Position numbers and translations under genes: made by a program
Assembly (NCBI GenBank): GCA_011391125.1
Contig: JAABRE010000007.1
Span: forward strand, 30,660-94,659
Direction: 5' to 3'
From: Synechococcales cyanobacterium S06
GTDB lineage: Bacteria; Cyanobacteriota; Cyanobacteriia; Cyanobacteriales; JAABRE01
Length of the DNA: 64,000 nucleotides
The notes under the pieces: model-generated
Database searches by the model: none
Seen by the model: the letters and a program-made list of their open reading frames with translations, nothing else
Told to the model about the DNA's origin: nothing
Shown: in pieces, positions 7,349-18,021 of the stretch
How the letters are laid out: each line of letters starts with the position of its first letter
Position numbering within the stretch: position 1 is the stretch's first letter

Positions 7349-9451
7349 TTATTCACCTCCCAAAAATAGTAGCGCCGCAATTCCTATTACTTTTCCTATT
7401 GTTTCTAATTTTTGTGCCAAATCTATCTCTTCAATTTTTTTGATTAATTCATTGAGAATGGGATTATTGTAATCTATTTCTTTTAGTTTTCTTAATTCAT
7501 TTAATCCTGTATCAAGACTAATTTCATCATCTGCTAATTTACTTCCAATTTCCCTAGTTTTATATTCCACAAAATAACTTTTAGCTGCTTGAGTTGCTAA
7601 TAATTCATGCCAAAATTTAGCAAATTCTAAATGTTCATTAAATTCATCTATTTCTTGACGTTGTTTCTGACAAAGTTTCTCTATATTTTCTCTCCATTCA
7701 TTATTATTTGTAATCCCTCTTTTTGCCTGTTTTAAAGCAGTTTTTCCTTTGCGCCAATTATACTGTTGTAAGTGATAACTTCCCTCATGGTAGCAGACTA
7801 AATCATAAGCAAAGTTTTCTGTTTCTGATACAGGATTTTTAGAGGGTTTTATTTGTATCGCGCGTTTAATATCATTCTCCAAACAAGCTGCTACAGCTTT
7901 CCCCCAATCTGTATATAATGCTCCCCAAATTTTAGTGGGAAATATTATCACAGGTAATTTATGTGAATATGTTTCATAACATCCGGGAGTAATAAATATT
8001 TCCTTAATTCTGATACCACAATTTGGCATATCTACTATTAGGTTTAAAGCGAATTTTTCTTGGCGATAAATATCTCGTAATTCAAAATATTTATCTAAAT
8101 TTATATCTTTATAGTTGTCAATTAATCTTTCGATTAAGTCTTTAATTTTACTCGCAATTTCTACTAAGTTAATTATTTTAATTCCTAACCAACGAATATT
8201 TTTTAACGCTGGATTTATTTCTATATTTGCTAAAGCTGTTGACCATGTTACTATTAATTTAGCTAGTTGATCGCTATCTATTTGTGCATAATAATAAAGG
8301 GCGATCACTAGATTGTGTAATGAAACAATATCTAGTCTTTCTAACCAGTTGTTTTCTGTTTGATTGACTATTTTTTCCCATTCTTTATTTGTCCAAATTT
8401 GATTATCTAAACGGGGTTTAATATGGGATTCTAAATTCTCGGTGACAAGAGGATCATTACCAAATCTTTCGATAAATCTTAAGCTAGTTTTTTCTGCATT
8501 TTCCAACTTATCTTGTGTGACAAAATCCTGAATGGTTTTCTTTACTAATAAACGCTGACGTTCAGCCATAATTTTTAGTGTTTCTTTTTGTTTTTTCAAA
8601 GTATAATTAGTTATATTTTTCCATTCTTTTTGTGCTTTTTGTAAGTCTCCTTGTTTAGCATAAATTAAACCACGATAATATTTAGCAGTTTCTGTGTTGA
8701 TATTTTGCAGATATTTAATAGCTTGATTAAAGTCATCTTGGTTAAAGTATAAAATAGCTAAACGTTGACGAGATTCTGTCAATTCTGGTAAACTTTCTAA
8801 GGCTTTTTCATAGTTAAAAATAGCTTCTTTTATTTGTCTATTTTTATCATAATTTAAGGCTTGCTTAAAATATTGTTTACCTACTAATATTCTATTTAAG
8901 TTATCAAGATAATCTTCACCGTCAGGATGTTTAAACATATCATAAACAAGTTTAAATTGAGTTATTGCTTCTGAAATATTACCATTTTGAGCTGTTTTTT
9001 TACTATTCTCAAAACCAAGATAATATTCTTTACTTAATTCTATTTTTTCTGAACAATCTTTAATTAGATGCTCAATTTCTTCTGTAACAAAAAATCTTTT
9101 AGCGGATTGAAAATTATATAAAGCGCCTTCAAATTGCCAACTTTTTTTTAATTGTTTACCCGTTTGAAATAGTTTTTGGAATTGCTCTCTTTTATTGATT
9201 TCATTTTTACAAGATTGAATGAATGTATTATATTCCGGTATTTTTACCAGTTTATACGCTTTTTCATATAACCTTAATGCTTCCTTTAAAGGATGAATAT
9301 GAATATTTGAGGAAGAATTTAAGGCCTCATTCTCTATTTTTTTTGCTTCTTTTACTATTTGTTTACTTTCTTTTAATTGCTTTTGATATTCTAATTTACC
9401 TAGAATGAAAAGCAAAGCAAGTACACCCAAAATAAAGATAATAATTAACAT
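7349..9451 (-). CDS. Membrane-anchored TPR/helical-repeat protein
   Basis: N-terminal hydrophobic helix, TPR-like motifs (AIFNYEKALE...LAILYFNQDDFNQAIKYL, YYRGLIYAKQGDLQKA) and a hydrophobic C-terminal segment. Confidence 0.75.
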   Translation of the reverse strand: MLIIIFILGVLALLFILGKLEYQKQLKESKQIVKEAKKIENEALNSSSNIHIHPLKEALRLYEKAYKLVKIPEYNTFIQSCKNEINKREQFQKLFQTGKQLKKSWQFEGALYNFQSAKRFFVTEEIEHLIKDCSEKIELSKEYYLGFENSKKTAQNGNISEAITQFKLVYDMFKHPDGEDYLDNLNRILVGKQYFKQALNYDKNRQIKEAIFNYEKALESLPELTESRQRLAILYFNQDDFNQAIKYLQNINTETAKYYRGLIYAKQGDLQKAQKEWKNITNYTLKKQKETLKIMAERQRLLVKKTIQDFVTQDKLENAEKTSLRFIERFGNDPLVTENLESHIKPRLDNQIWTNKEWEKIVNQTENNWLERLDIVSLHNLVIALYYYAQIDSDQLAKLIVTWSTALANIEINPALKNIRWLGIKIINLVEIASKIKDLIERLIDNYKDINLDKYFELRDIYRQEKFALNLIVDMPNCGIRIKEIFITPGCYETYSHKLPVIIFPTKIWGALYTDWGKAVAACLENDIKRAIQIKPSKNPVSETENFAYDLVCYHEGSYHLQQYNWRKGKTALKQAKRGITNNNEWRENIEKLCQKQRQEIDEFNEHLEFAKFWHELLATQAAKSYFVEYKTREIGSKLADDEISLDTGLNELRKLKEIDYNNPILNELIKKIEEIDLAQKLETIGKVIGIAALLFLGGE

Positions 9452-9474
9452 GATTACCTCCTAATTTTTAATGA

Positions 9475-10014
9475 TTATTTAACTGAACAATTATTTTCTA
9501 CATTCGGAATTAATAATTTATCCCCAATTTCTATCTCATTTTCTCTTCCTTTTAACTGGGGATTATTCTCAAGAATTAAGTTAATTAAATTACTATCACC
9601 ATAAAATTTATCGGCAATTAAAAATAAAGAATCTCCTTTTTGAACCGTATAATTAAAAGCACTTAAGCATGGTTTTTGTGTGGTTTTTGCTGTGGGTTTT
9701 TCCGATGGTTTTTCTGGTTCATTTTTAACTATTACTGGTTTTTCGACAGGAGGTTTTACAGCTTCTTCTTTAGCAAAAAATACTGTACTAACACCAAAAA
9801 TTAAGCTCAAAGCAATAACTATTATTACTATAATTTCTGTCATATTTAAGTTGATTTTTGTCGGTAATTTTGCTTCTTGTTCTGGCAATTCCGCTAACAT
9901 TCTTACTAAAGAAATATCCGTTTCACAATTAGGGCAGATATTCCCTTCAATCTCAGGGCGATCGCACACGGGACAAGTGATTTTCGTATTCATTGATATT
10001 TTCTCCATTGACAA
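9475..10014 (-). CDS. Zn-ribbon - transmembrane - LysM protein
   Basis: CPVC...CPNC, TM segment IIVIIVIALSLIFGVSTVFF, Pro/Lys linker, then LysM YTVQKGDSLFLIADKFYG...IEIGDKLLIP. Confidence 0.88.
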   Translation of the reverse strand: MSMEKISMNTKITCPVCDRPEIEGNICPNCETDISLVRMLAELPEQEAKLPTKINLNMTEIIVIIVIALSLIFGVSTVFFAKEEAVKPPVEKPVIVKNEPEKPSEKPTAKTTQKPCLSAFNYTVQKGDSLFLIADKFYGDSNLINLILENNPQLKGRENEIEIGDKLLIPNVENNCSVK

Positions 10015-10018
10015 TTTA

Positions 10019-10049
10019 GAAATCCGATTTTTTCAAAAAATCGGATTTC
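10019..10049. repeat. Palindromic AAATCCGATTTTT...AAAAATCGGATTT repeat (hairpin)
   Basis: Related copies near 40934-40964 and 56752-56784, each just after a stop codon. Confidence 0.75.
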
Positions 10050-10056
10050 TGGTTAA

Positions 10057-12267
10057 TTAACGAGTTAATCCTGTATAAATGTTACCAGTAGGTAATTTTT
10101 GCTCTAAATATGGCTCAATTTCTGGTAATAATTCCTGTAAAATATAAACACATTGATCACTATCACCATATTTTAAACTATTAAGTAAATTGGCAAATTT
10201 ATTCGTCATTAAATTAGCATGGGTAGGATTAATTTGATTCGCTTTTGCAATACCTCGCCGAGAAAGTAAGATGATGGTGACCATTTCAGGTAAATTCTCA
10301 TATTCTTGTTGACAATCTTCAGCCAATTTTTGCAGTGCTGAAATATTATTTGAAGCAAGAGCCTTTTCTAATTCCTCAATTAATTTGCGTAACCTTCTTT
10401 GTTGCGATTCCTCAATTACGGTGTCACAATATTCAAGGGCAAATTCAAACTCATTGATAAAATATTTAGCGATTTCATGGTCATCATTAGCAAAAATTTC
10501 CAATTCTTGAAGTTTTTGTTGAGCTACTCTGAGTCGATCTTCTTTGATTCTACCATCTCGATCTCGTATTTGATTAGCAGCCCTAATCACTTCCCCCGCA
10601 ATTTTATAACCCCGTTTAGCTCCTGTTTCTGTCAACTCTCCTTCCTCGTTTAGTTCAGCAATTCTCGCTTCAACTTTGCGGGAAATTTCTTCATCAGCGT
10701 TACCACGGGAAAAAGAAGCACTAACTTTAACGGAAGGATCATTTTTCAAAGCAGCTGTTATCTGCAAAGAACCATTTTTTTCATCTAATTCCGCAGTTAC
10801 CAAAACTTCTGTACCCTTGGGATAAGCTTGATCTAAGGCTAACCACATATCCCCTAAACGTTCATCATTTTTGCGCAAATCCAGACTTTCACTGACTTGA
10901 TCAGGACTGAAAAATTTAAAATGAATCAACTCCTGTCCATCTGCTTCGGTTTTAAAGGTATGTGACTTGATCACGGGCAAAATGTCACCCTGATTAATCA
11001 AAGGAAATCTGGGATTATCCACCAATTCGAGGAAATAATCCCGGGAAACTGTGCCGACTTTTTCTGTCAACCCAGCAGCCACGATCGCCGCTCCTTCGGC
11101 CACTGCATACATTGGCCGAGGATGCACTACGACTTTATCGCCAAATGCTTTCCTGACTTTTTGCTGCACTAAAGGAATTTGCGATGAACCGCCCACCAAT
11201 AAAACCACATCGATCATATCTTCAGGATAATCTGAATATTTAATCGCATCTTGACAAATGGCAATACTCCGTTCCACCAAAGGTAAAATCAACTTTTCAA
11301 AATCTTGACGGGTAATTTCGACATCAAGATTGATCGCCATACCTAGTTCATCTAAAAGCGGTGTGGAAGGCAGTATTTTTGCAGTTTTAGCCTTACTAAG
11401 CTGGATTTTTGCTTTTTCAGCCTCCATTTTTAAATCCGCTTTAAACCGCACTTTCTGATAGTAAGGCATACTTCCAATTAATTCGTCAATATTATCTAAA
11501 TCCTCGCTTTGGGCGACTTTTTGCTTGACAAACTCAATAATCAAGTCGTCAATGTCATCACCCCCTAACCACAAATCCCCCGCTTTACTTGACTCAATAA
11601 ACTGGTTTCCTGATGCTGTAATCAAAGATGAATCAAACGTCCCTCCCCCGAAGTCATAGACTAAAATCGTTTTGACATCATCAGAATTGGGACTATAACC
11701 GTAGGAAATAGCCGCCGCAGTGGGTTCGGGTAAAAGTTCAGGTTGACCTAAACCTGCTCTTTGCGCTGCCATTTGGGTTGCGTAGCGTTGTTTATCATTG
11801 AAATATGCGGGAATAGTCACCACAGCTTGGGTAATTTTTTGCTGTTGACCCCTTTGCTGTTGGTAATTTTGAGCATTCTGCACCACTTTTTTGATAATTT
11901 CGGCGGAAATGTCCTCTGGTTGATATTCCTTGCCATCTAACCAGACGGAAATTGCGTTTTCTGTACCTTGACTGGGTTTACTAATCTTATAACCGAAACG
12001 GCCTAACTGTTTTTGTACCACTTCATCGCCAAAACCCCTACCCATTAAGCGTTTAATGGACATAATTACGTTTTCTGCATCTTGTTTTAACTGATTGTAG
12101 GCATTTTCCCCGACAATAATTTGATTATTCTGTAAAGATACCACGGAGCGAGTTAACTTCCTGTCTGGTGGGGGATTGTCGGGAGCTGTCACGACTTCTG
12201 TATCCGAAAACTTAAACGCAGCCACCGAGTTGGTTGTACCTAGATCAATCCCTACAATATTACCCAT
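10057..12267 (-). CDS. Divergent Hsp70-family protein
   Basis: NBD motifs [39 protein letters not shown] and LVGGSSQIP are present; the linker and substrate-binding region are divergent. Confidence 0.92.
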   Translation of the reverse strand: MGNIVGIDLGTTNSVAAFKFSDTEVVTAPDNPPPDRKLTRSVVSLQNNQIIVGENAYNQLKQDAENVIMSIKRLMGRGFGDEVVQKQLGRFGYKISKPSQGTENAISVWLDGKEYQPEDISAEIIKKVVQNAQNYQQQRGQQQKITQAVVTIPAYFNDKQRYATQMAAQRAGLGQPELLPEPTAAAISYGYSPNSDDVKTILVYDFGGGTFDSSLITASGNQFIESSKAGDLWLGGDDIDDLIIEFVKQKVAQSEDLDNIDELIGSMPYYQKVRFKADLKMEAEKAKIQLSKAKTAKILPSTPLLDELGMAINLDVEITRQDFEKLILPLVERSIAICQDAIKYSDYPEDMIDVVLLVGGSSQIPLVQQKVRKAFGDKVVVHPRPMYAVAEGAAIVAAGLTEKVGTVSRDYFLELVDNPRFPLINQGDILPVIKSHTFKTEADGQELIHFKFFSPDQVSESLDLRKNDERLGDMWLALDQAYPKGTEVLVTAELDEKNGSLQITAALKNDPSVKVSASFSRGNADEEISRKVEARIAELNEEGELTETGAKRGYKIAGEVIRAANQIRDRDGRIKEDRLRVAQQKLQELEIFANDDHEIAKYFINEFEFALEYCDTVIEESQQRRLRKLIEELEKALASNNISALQKLAEDCQQEYENLPEMVTIILLSRRGIAKANQINPTHANLMTNKFANLLNSLKYGDSDQCVYILQELLPEIEPYLEQKLPTGNIYTGLTR

Positions 12268-12525
12268 TTGGTCTCCTTAAATTGGTTCTTTTTACTTATC
12301 TTGTCGAGTTTCAAAATTTATGCAGTTTTTCAAAAAAATTTTTCAAAATTAATTATAGATCAATTTTGTTTTTTTTTCAAAATAAGGAGAGCGCTTTAGC
12401 GCAACAACGAGCCTTGTTAATACATATTTATAAACATATTTCTGTATAAATTGTTACAAAATACGAAAATTATTAAAATTGTGATTTTTGGAAAGGAATT
12501 ATTATAATCAAAATAGACCTATTAT

Positions 12526-13107
12526 TTGTTAGTTAAAATTATGGTTGCTCAAATAACGAAAACAACTTATTCCATTGCGGAATATTTGGAATTAGAAGAA
12601 AAAGCCGAGACAAGAAATGAGTTTATTAATGGGGAGATAATTGCTATGGCTGGAGGAACAACTAATCACAATTTGGTGACGGGTAATATGTATTTAGCTT
12701 TAAGATTAGGTCTAAAAGGTAAAAAAACCCCAGTTTACATTGAAAATGTGCGAGTATTTATCGCTGAATATAACATTTTTACCTATCCTGATGTGATGGT
12801 AATGGCGGGAGAACCAATCTATTATACGGAGAGTAAAACCACAGTAATTAATCCCGTTGTTATCATTGAAGTTTTATCCGATTCGACTAAAGATTATGAT
12901 TTAGGTCGAAAATTTGGTTATTATCGCTCCTTAGAAAGTTTACAGGAATATGTGTTAATTGAACCTGAAGACAGGTTAATTATGATTTATCGACGAGGTA
13001 ATTCTAAACAGTGGTCATTGGATATTCTTGACAGGGAAACTGATATTTTGCAGTTAACGACAATAAGTTTAGATATTCCCTTGTCTGAGATTTATGAAGG
13101 GATTTAA
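12526..13107 (+). CDS. Uma2 family endonuclease (likely start ATG 12541)
   Basis: EFINGEIIAMAGG, YPDVMV, IEVLSDST and YRSLESLQEYVLI motifs. Confidence 0.92.
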   Translation: MLVKIMVAQITKTTYSIAEYLELEEKAETRNEFINGEIIAMAGGTTNHNLVTGNMYLALRLGLKGKKTPVYIENVRVFIAEYNIFTYPDVMVMAGEPIYYTESKTTVINPVVIIEVLSDSTKDYDLGRKFGYYRSLESLQEYVLIEPEDRLIMIYRRGNSKQWSLDILDRETDILQLTTISLDIPLSEIYEGI

Positions 13108-13156
13108 TATTTTTTTAACCTCCTTAATTGTTAATTATTAACAAGTTTTTTACCTC

Positions 13157-16100
13157 CTAAATTTGTGAATTTTCAATTGCTAAATGAATCAGTCCTAGCC
13201 ATTCGATTAAACTGTCAAGTTGCTTATCTGCGTGGGCCATCCCTAAACCCCTGACGGTGACTTTTTTCGGACTATAAATAAAACGGGTTTGGAGATGGGT
13301 AGGTAATTTTTCCTGTAGTTTTTTCCAAGCTGGTTCTTCCATGGGAGTTTCGAGGACAATATGTTGTTTTGCTTCGGGTTTTATACGCGAAAATCCTAAT
13401 GATTTGGCCATTTGTTTTAACTCCGCTATTTTTAATAATTGATTTACGGGAGTGGGTAAATTTCCGTAGCGATCGCACCATTCTGCGGCAATTTGTATCA
13501 ATTCTTTCTTAGAGTTAGCTACAGCAATTGCACGATAAGCATCCATTTTTTGCTCTAAATCTGATATATATTCACTGGGAATAAAGGCTGTTAATTTTAA
13601 ATCAATTTGGGTATCTTCCACTTGGGGAATTTCTTGACCTTGAATTTCTTTGATGGCTTCTTGCAGCATTTCCATGTACAATTCAAAACCGATCGCCTCC
13701 ATTTGGCCTGATTGTTCAGTACCCAAAATATTGCCGACTCCGCGAATTTCCATATCCCTCATGGCCAGTTGATAACCTGACCCTAATTGACTAAATTCTT
13801 GTAATGCGCGAAGTCGTTTTCTGGCTACATCGGAGAGGGTTTCTTGATTAGGATATAAGAGAAAAGCATTAGCTTGAACACCTGAACGACCTACTCTCCC
13901 TCGCAGTTGATAGAGTTGAGATAAACCGAATTTTTGTGCATCTTCAATAATAATAGTATTGACTCGGGGAATGTCTAAACCTGACTCAACAATAGTCGTA
14001 CAAACTAATATGTCATACTCGCCATTATTGACTCCTAACATAGTAGCTTCCAGTTCATTTTCGTCCAGTTGACCATGACCAATGGCAATCCTTGCACTGG
14101 GGATCATTTCTCTAATTTGTGCGGCTATTTCTTCGATACCATCTATTCGGGGAACCACATAAAAAACCTGTCCTCCTCTGTCCAATTCATTTCGAATTGC
14201 TGTCCTAATTACTTCAGGATTGTAAGGAGAAACATGGGTTTTTATTGGTCTTCGAGAAGGAGGAGGAGTGGCGATAATACTCATTTCGCGGATTCCCGAT
14301 AAGGACATATATAAAGTCCTTGGAATTGGTGTTGCAGTTAAGGTTAGGACATCAATTTGTGCTTTTATGGATTTAATTTTTTCTTTTTGATTAACACCAA
14401 ATCTCTGTTCTTCGTCGATAACCAATAATCCGAGGTCTCGATATTTTATCTCTTTTCCTAATAGTAATTGTGTTCCTACTACTATGTCTAATTCTCCTGT
14501 TGCTAATCGTTTCAGGATTTCCTGTCTTTCTGATTGGGTTCTAAACCGATTTAACAGTCCAATATTGATAGGATAGGGGGCAAATCTTTCCTTGAGGGTA
14601 TGGTAATGTTGCTGAGTTAAAATGGTTGTTGGCGCTAACACCGCTACCTGTTTATTCCCCGTAGTTATGGCCTTGAAAATTGCCCTGATTGCTACTTCAG
14701 TTTTGCCAAAACCCACGTCTCCGCAGACTAATCTGTCCATGGGGCGATCGCTTTCTAAATCCCTCTTGACATCTTGAACAGCTTTCAATTGATCGGGGGT
14801 TGGTTGGTAAGGAAAAGAATCTTCTAATTCCTGTTGCCAAGGTAAATCGGCCGGATAAGCATAACCGGTTTTTTCTGAACGTTTCGCATAAATTTGTAGG
14901 AGGTCAACTGCTAATTTACTGACCGATTTTCTGACCTTATTTTTAACACCTTCCCAAGCTTTTCCTGACATTTTATGGAGTTGAGGAGGCTTACTTTCGG
15001 GATAACGGTAACGGGAAATCAATTCTAAAGCATCTGCTGGCACTCTCAGCAACCCATCGCTATATTCTATTACTAAATATTCCCGAATTTCGAGGTTTTC
15101 TAGTTTTAAAAACTTACCAATTCCGTGATGTTTATGGACCACATAATCACCCTGTCTTAATTTATTAACATCAACCTGTTTAGAAGTAGCTCGACGACGT
15201 TTTCTAATATAACCGGCTGTCCCTAAATGATGCTGTCCATAAAATTCGCGATCGGTGACAACAACTAAGCGAAAAGTCGGCAAAATAAAGCCTTCTAATT
15301 CCGCTAAACCGGAATATTTTAAAGCTACTGCCGTATTGCGATTTTGTTCGCGATCGATCGCCTGATAATCTTTGGGATTCGGTACAAATAGGGCAGGACA
15401 ATCATGTTCTTGTAACAGGGAAACTGAACGCGAAGGTTGAGCAGAAATTAACCAACGGGCATATTTTTCTAAATTCATTCCTTGATAAATGTCTCTTTTT
15501 CCCCTTAAGATTTCTCCTAATTTGGCAAATTGATGGGGGGTGACAGGTACAGGCCGACTTGCTAAATTTATTGAGTTATTTTCCTCGGCTATTTCTGATA
15601 AAAATAAGCGAGAAAATGGAGACATTTTTTCTAAAGATTCGTCAAAATTGCGGTGAATTTTTGCTAGTTTTGCCCCGACTTCTTTCGAATACAATTGCCA
15701 TTGTTCCTCCGTATGCTCCACCCAAACTCGACTATGCGCTCTACATTGCTCCTCCTCATCAATGGCAATTAGGGTATTTTGGAGTAAATAATCTAATAAA
15801 GAGGCTGGACAGGGAAAAGCTGCTCCTAATAAGCGTTGTATCCCTTCTGTGTCTTCTCCCTCTGCAATTTGCAGCTTATCTACAATAAGCGGTGTAAAGC
15901 TAGTCGGGGTAAGGGATAGCTGGTCAATACCGTCCAGCGATCGTTGACTGGTGGAATCAAATTCTCTGATTTTTTCTACTTGATCGCCGAAAAATTCCAA
16001 ACGAACTGGTAATTCAGCGGAAACTGGGAAAATATCAATTAAATCGCCTCTTTTTGCCCATTGGCCCTCGGTTTCGACTAAATTTACCCGTTTATAACCT

Positions 16101-16582
16101 AATTTTGTCAGTTTTTCCCCAATTTCTAAGGATTTCAGGGTCATTCCCGTCGTTAAATTCAGACAATATTGCTGGAAAATTTCAGCCGGTGGCAAATGTG
16201 GTTGTAAAGCTCTCTCCGTTGCCACGATTGTCCAAGGTTCGGTTGTTAAGGCGATGGAAGACAATGTCTGCATCTGCCCCCAAATCATCTCTGATTCGGG
16301 GTTATACGGCTCATAGGGAGACGATTCGGAGGTGGGATAGAAAAAAACTTGTTGGCCACCGATCGCCTCTAAAATCGCTGTTTTGCGGGCAGCTTCTTCG
16401 ATGGTGGGACAGAGGATGAGGAGATTTTTTTGGTCAGATTGAGCTAAAGTAAAGGCAATTAAAGAAGATGGAAAACGAGGAAGACCACTTAGGCTCAAAG
16501 TGCCTTGGCCATTGAGTTTAGTTAATAATTCTTTAGTTAAAGAGGAACGGGATAAATAGCGAATTAAAGAAGAAAATGACAT
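13157..16582 (-). CDS. mfd: Transcription-repair coupling factor Mfd
   Basis: UvrB-like N-terminus, CarD-like [35 protein letters not shown] and a TRCF C-terminus. Confidence 0.98.
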   Translation of the reverse strand: MSFSSLIRYLSRSSLTKELLTKLNGQGTLSLSGLPRFPSSLIAFTLAQSDQKNLLILCPTIEEAARKTAILEAIGGQQVFFYPTSESSPYEPYNPESEMIWGQMQTLSSIALTTEPWTIVATERALQPHLPPAEIFQQYCLNLTTGMTLKSLEIGEKLTKLGYKRVNLVETEGQWAKRGDLIDIFPVSAELPVRLEFFGDQVEKIREFDSTSQRSLDGIDQLSLTPTSFTPLIVDKLQIAEGEDTEGIQRLLGAAFPCPASLLDYLLQNTLIAIDEEEQCRAHSRVWVEHTEEQWQLYSKEVGAKLAKIHRNFDESLEKMSPFSRLFLSEIAEENNSINLASRPVPVTPHQFAKLGEILRGKRDIYQGMNLEKYARWLISAQPSRSVSLLQEHDCPALFVPNPKDYQAIDREQNRNTAVALKYSGLAELEGFILPTFRLVVVTDREFYGQHHLGTAGYIRKRRRATSKQVDVNKLRQGDYVVHKHHGIGKFLKLENLEIREYLVIEYSDGLLRVPADALELISRYRYPESKPPQLHKMSGKAWEGVKNKVRKSVSKLAVDLLQIYAKRSEKTGYAYPADLPWQQELEDSFPYQPTPDQLKAVQDVKRDLESDRPMDRLVCGDVGFGKTEVAIRAIFKAITTGNKQVAVLAPTTILTQQHYHTLKERFAPYPINIGLLNRFRTQSERQEILKRLATGELDIVVGTQLLLGKEIKYRDLGLLVIDEEQRFGVNQKEKIKSIKAQIDVLTLTATPIPRTLYMSLSGIREMSIIATPPPSRRPIKTHVSPYNPEVIRTAIRNELDRGGQVFYVVPRIDGIEEIAAQIREMIPSARIAIGHGQLDENELEATMLGVNNGEYDILVCTTIVESGLDIPRVNTIIIEDAQKFGLSQLYQLRGRVGRSGVQANAFLLYPNQETLSDVARKRLRALQEFSQLGSGYQLAMRDMEIRGVGNILGTEQSGQMEAIGFELYMEMLQEAIKEIQGQEIPQVEDTQIDLKLTAFIPSEYISDLEQKMDAYRAIAVANSKKELIQIAAEWCDRYGNLPTPVNQLLKIAELKQMAKSLGFSRIKPEAKQHIVLETPMEEPAWKKLQEKLPTHLQTRFIYSPKKVTVRGLGMAHADKQLDSLIEWLGLIHLAIENSQI

Positions 16583-16683
16583 TTTTTATAAAAAGATTAA
16601 GTATAGAGAAAATTAACCATAATAAATAGCATACTAGATAAATAGATATTTACCAAGGTTGGCTTTAGGTCAAATAATAATAT

Positions 16684-18021
16684 ATGTCCGAATTTCTGAG
16701 TGAAATTATTATTATATTCCTCTTAATTTTCACAAATGGAGTGTTTGCCTTAGCTGAAATGGCAATAGTTTCAGCAAGAAAAATTCGTTTAGAACAACAG
16801 GCCATTAAAGGAAATCATCGAGCCCAAATTGCTTTAGATTTGGCAAATAATCCCAATCAAATTTTATCCACCGTACAAATTGGCATTACTTTAATTGGTA
16901 TATTTGCGGGAGCTTTTGGGGGAGCAAATATGGCGAAAGAATTAGGGATATTTTTAAATAGAATACCAAGTGTAGGAAATCATAGCCAAGCAATTGCTTT
17001 AAGTATTGTGGTAATTGCGATAACTTATGTATCTTTAGTAATAGGAGAACTTGTTCCCAAAAGATTAGCTTTAAGTGCTCCCGAAGTTATTGCTTGTAAT
17101 TTAGCATTACCCTTAAAAATGTTAGCTAATTTAGTAGCTCCGATTGTACATTTATTAAGTGTTTCCACTGACTTAATTTTATATTTTTTAGGAATTAAAA
17201 CCCTGATTAATGAAAATTTAGTAACCAGTGATGAAATCAAAATAATGATCAAACAAGGAACTGAGGCTGGAATGTTTGCTATTGCAGAACAAGATATGTT
17301 AGAGAGAGTTTTAAAATTAAATGAGAGAAAAGTAAGTACAATAATGACAGCAAGACCAGAAATTATTTGGTTAAATTTAGAAGATTCAGTAACAATTAAT
17401 CGTCAAAAAATAATTAACAGCAATCATACTCGTTTCCCCGTTTCTAAGGGTAACTTAGACCAAGTTTTAGGAATTACTCACGTCACGGATTTATTAGCAG
17501 GATGTCTCAGTGACAAAGATTTTGCCTTAACCTTTTGTTTACATCAACCATTATTTGTACCGGAGATTACCCCTAGTTTAAAAATGTTAGAAATTTTTAA
17601 ACAAACAGGTCATCATCTTACTTTAGTTGTGGATGAATATGGGGTAGTTCAAGGATTAGTAACTATTAACGATATTTTAGAAGCAATTATCGGCGACTTA
17701 CCCAAAATTTATCAAGAAAATAACACCCCAATTAGACAAAGAGAAGATGGTTCATGGTTACTAGATGGAGTAATCTTAGTGGAAGACTTTAAAGAATTAT
17801 TGAATATTAAAGAACTTCCGGGAGAAAATAGAGGAAACTATCACACATTAGGAGGATTTATGATTACCAAATTAGGGAAAATTCCAGTACCAACAGAATA
17901 TTTTGAATGGCAAGGTTTTCGTTTTGAAGTAATGGACATGAAAGGAAATCGAGTAAATAAAGTATTAATAACTCCCTTAAATAAACCCCAAATGTTCCAA
18001 CAAAATTTTACTACCAATTAG
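16684..18021 (+). CDS. Hemolysin/CNNM family membrane protein (DUF21-CBS-CorC_HlyC)
   Basis: NGVFALAEMAIVSAR, STVQIGIT, GELVPKRLA, VVDEYG and YHTLGGF motifs. Confidence 0.92.
   Translation: MSEFLSEIIIIFLLIFTNGVFALAEMAIVSARKIRLEQQAIKGNHRAQIALDLANNPNQILSTVQIGITLIGIFAGAFGGANMAKELGIFLNRIPSVGNHSQAIALSIVVIAITYVSLVIGELVPKRLALSAPEVIACNLALPLKMLANLVAPIVHLLSVSTDLILYFLGIKTLINENLVTSDEIKIMIKQGTEAGMFAIAEQDMLERVLKLNERKVSTIMTARPEIIWLNLEDSVTINRQKIINSNHTRFPVSKGNLDQVLGITHVTDLLAGCLSDKDFALTFCLHQPLFVPEITPSLKMLEIFKQTGHHLTLVVDEYGVVQGLVTINDILEAIIGDLPKIYQENNTPIRQREDGSWLLDGVILVEDFKELLNIKELPGENRGNYHTLGGFMITKLGKIPVPTEYFEWQGFRFEVMDMKGNRVNKVLITPLNKPQMFQQNFTTN

Noticed and set aside
10057..12267. Calling this gene canonical dnaK or hscA
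   Set aside because: The linker and substrate-binding region diverge from DnaK, and no isc genes are adjacent.
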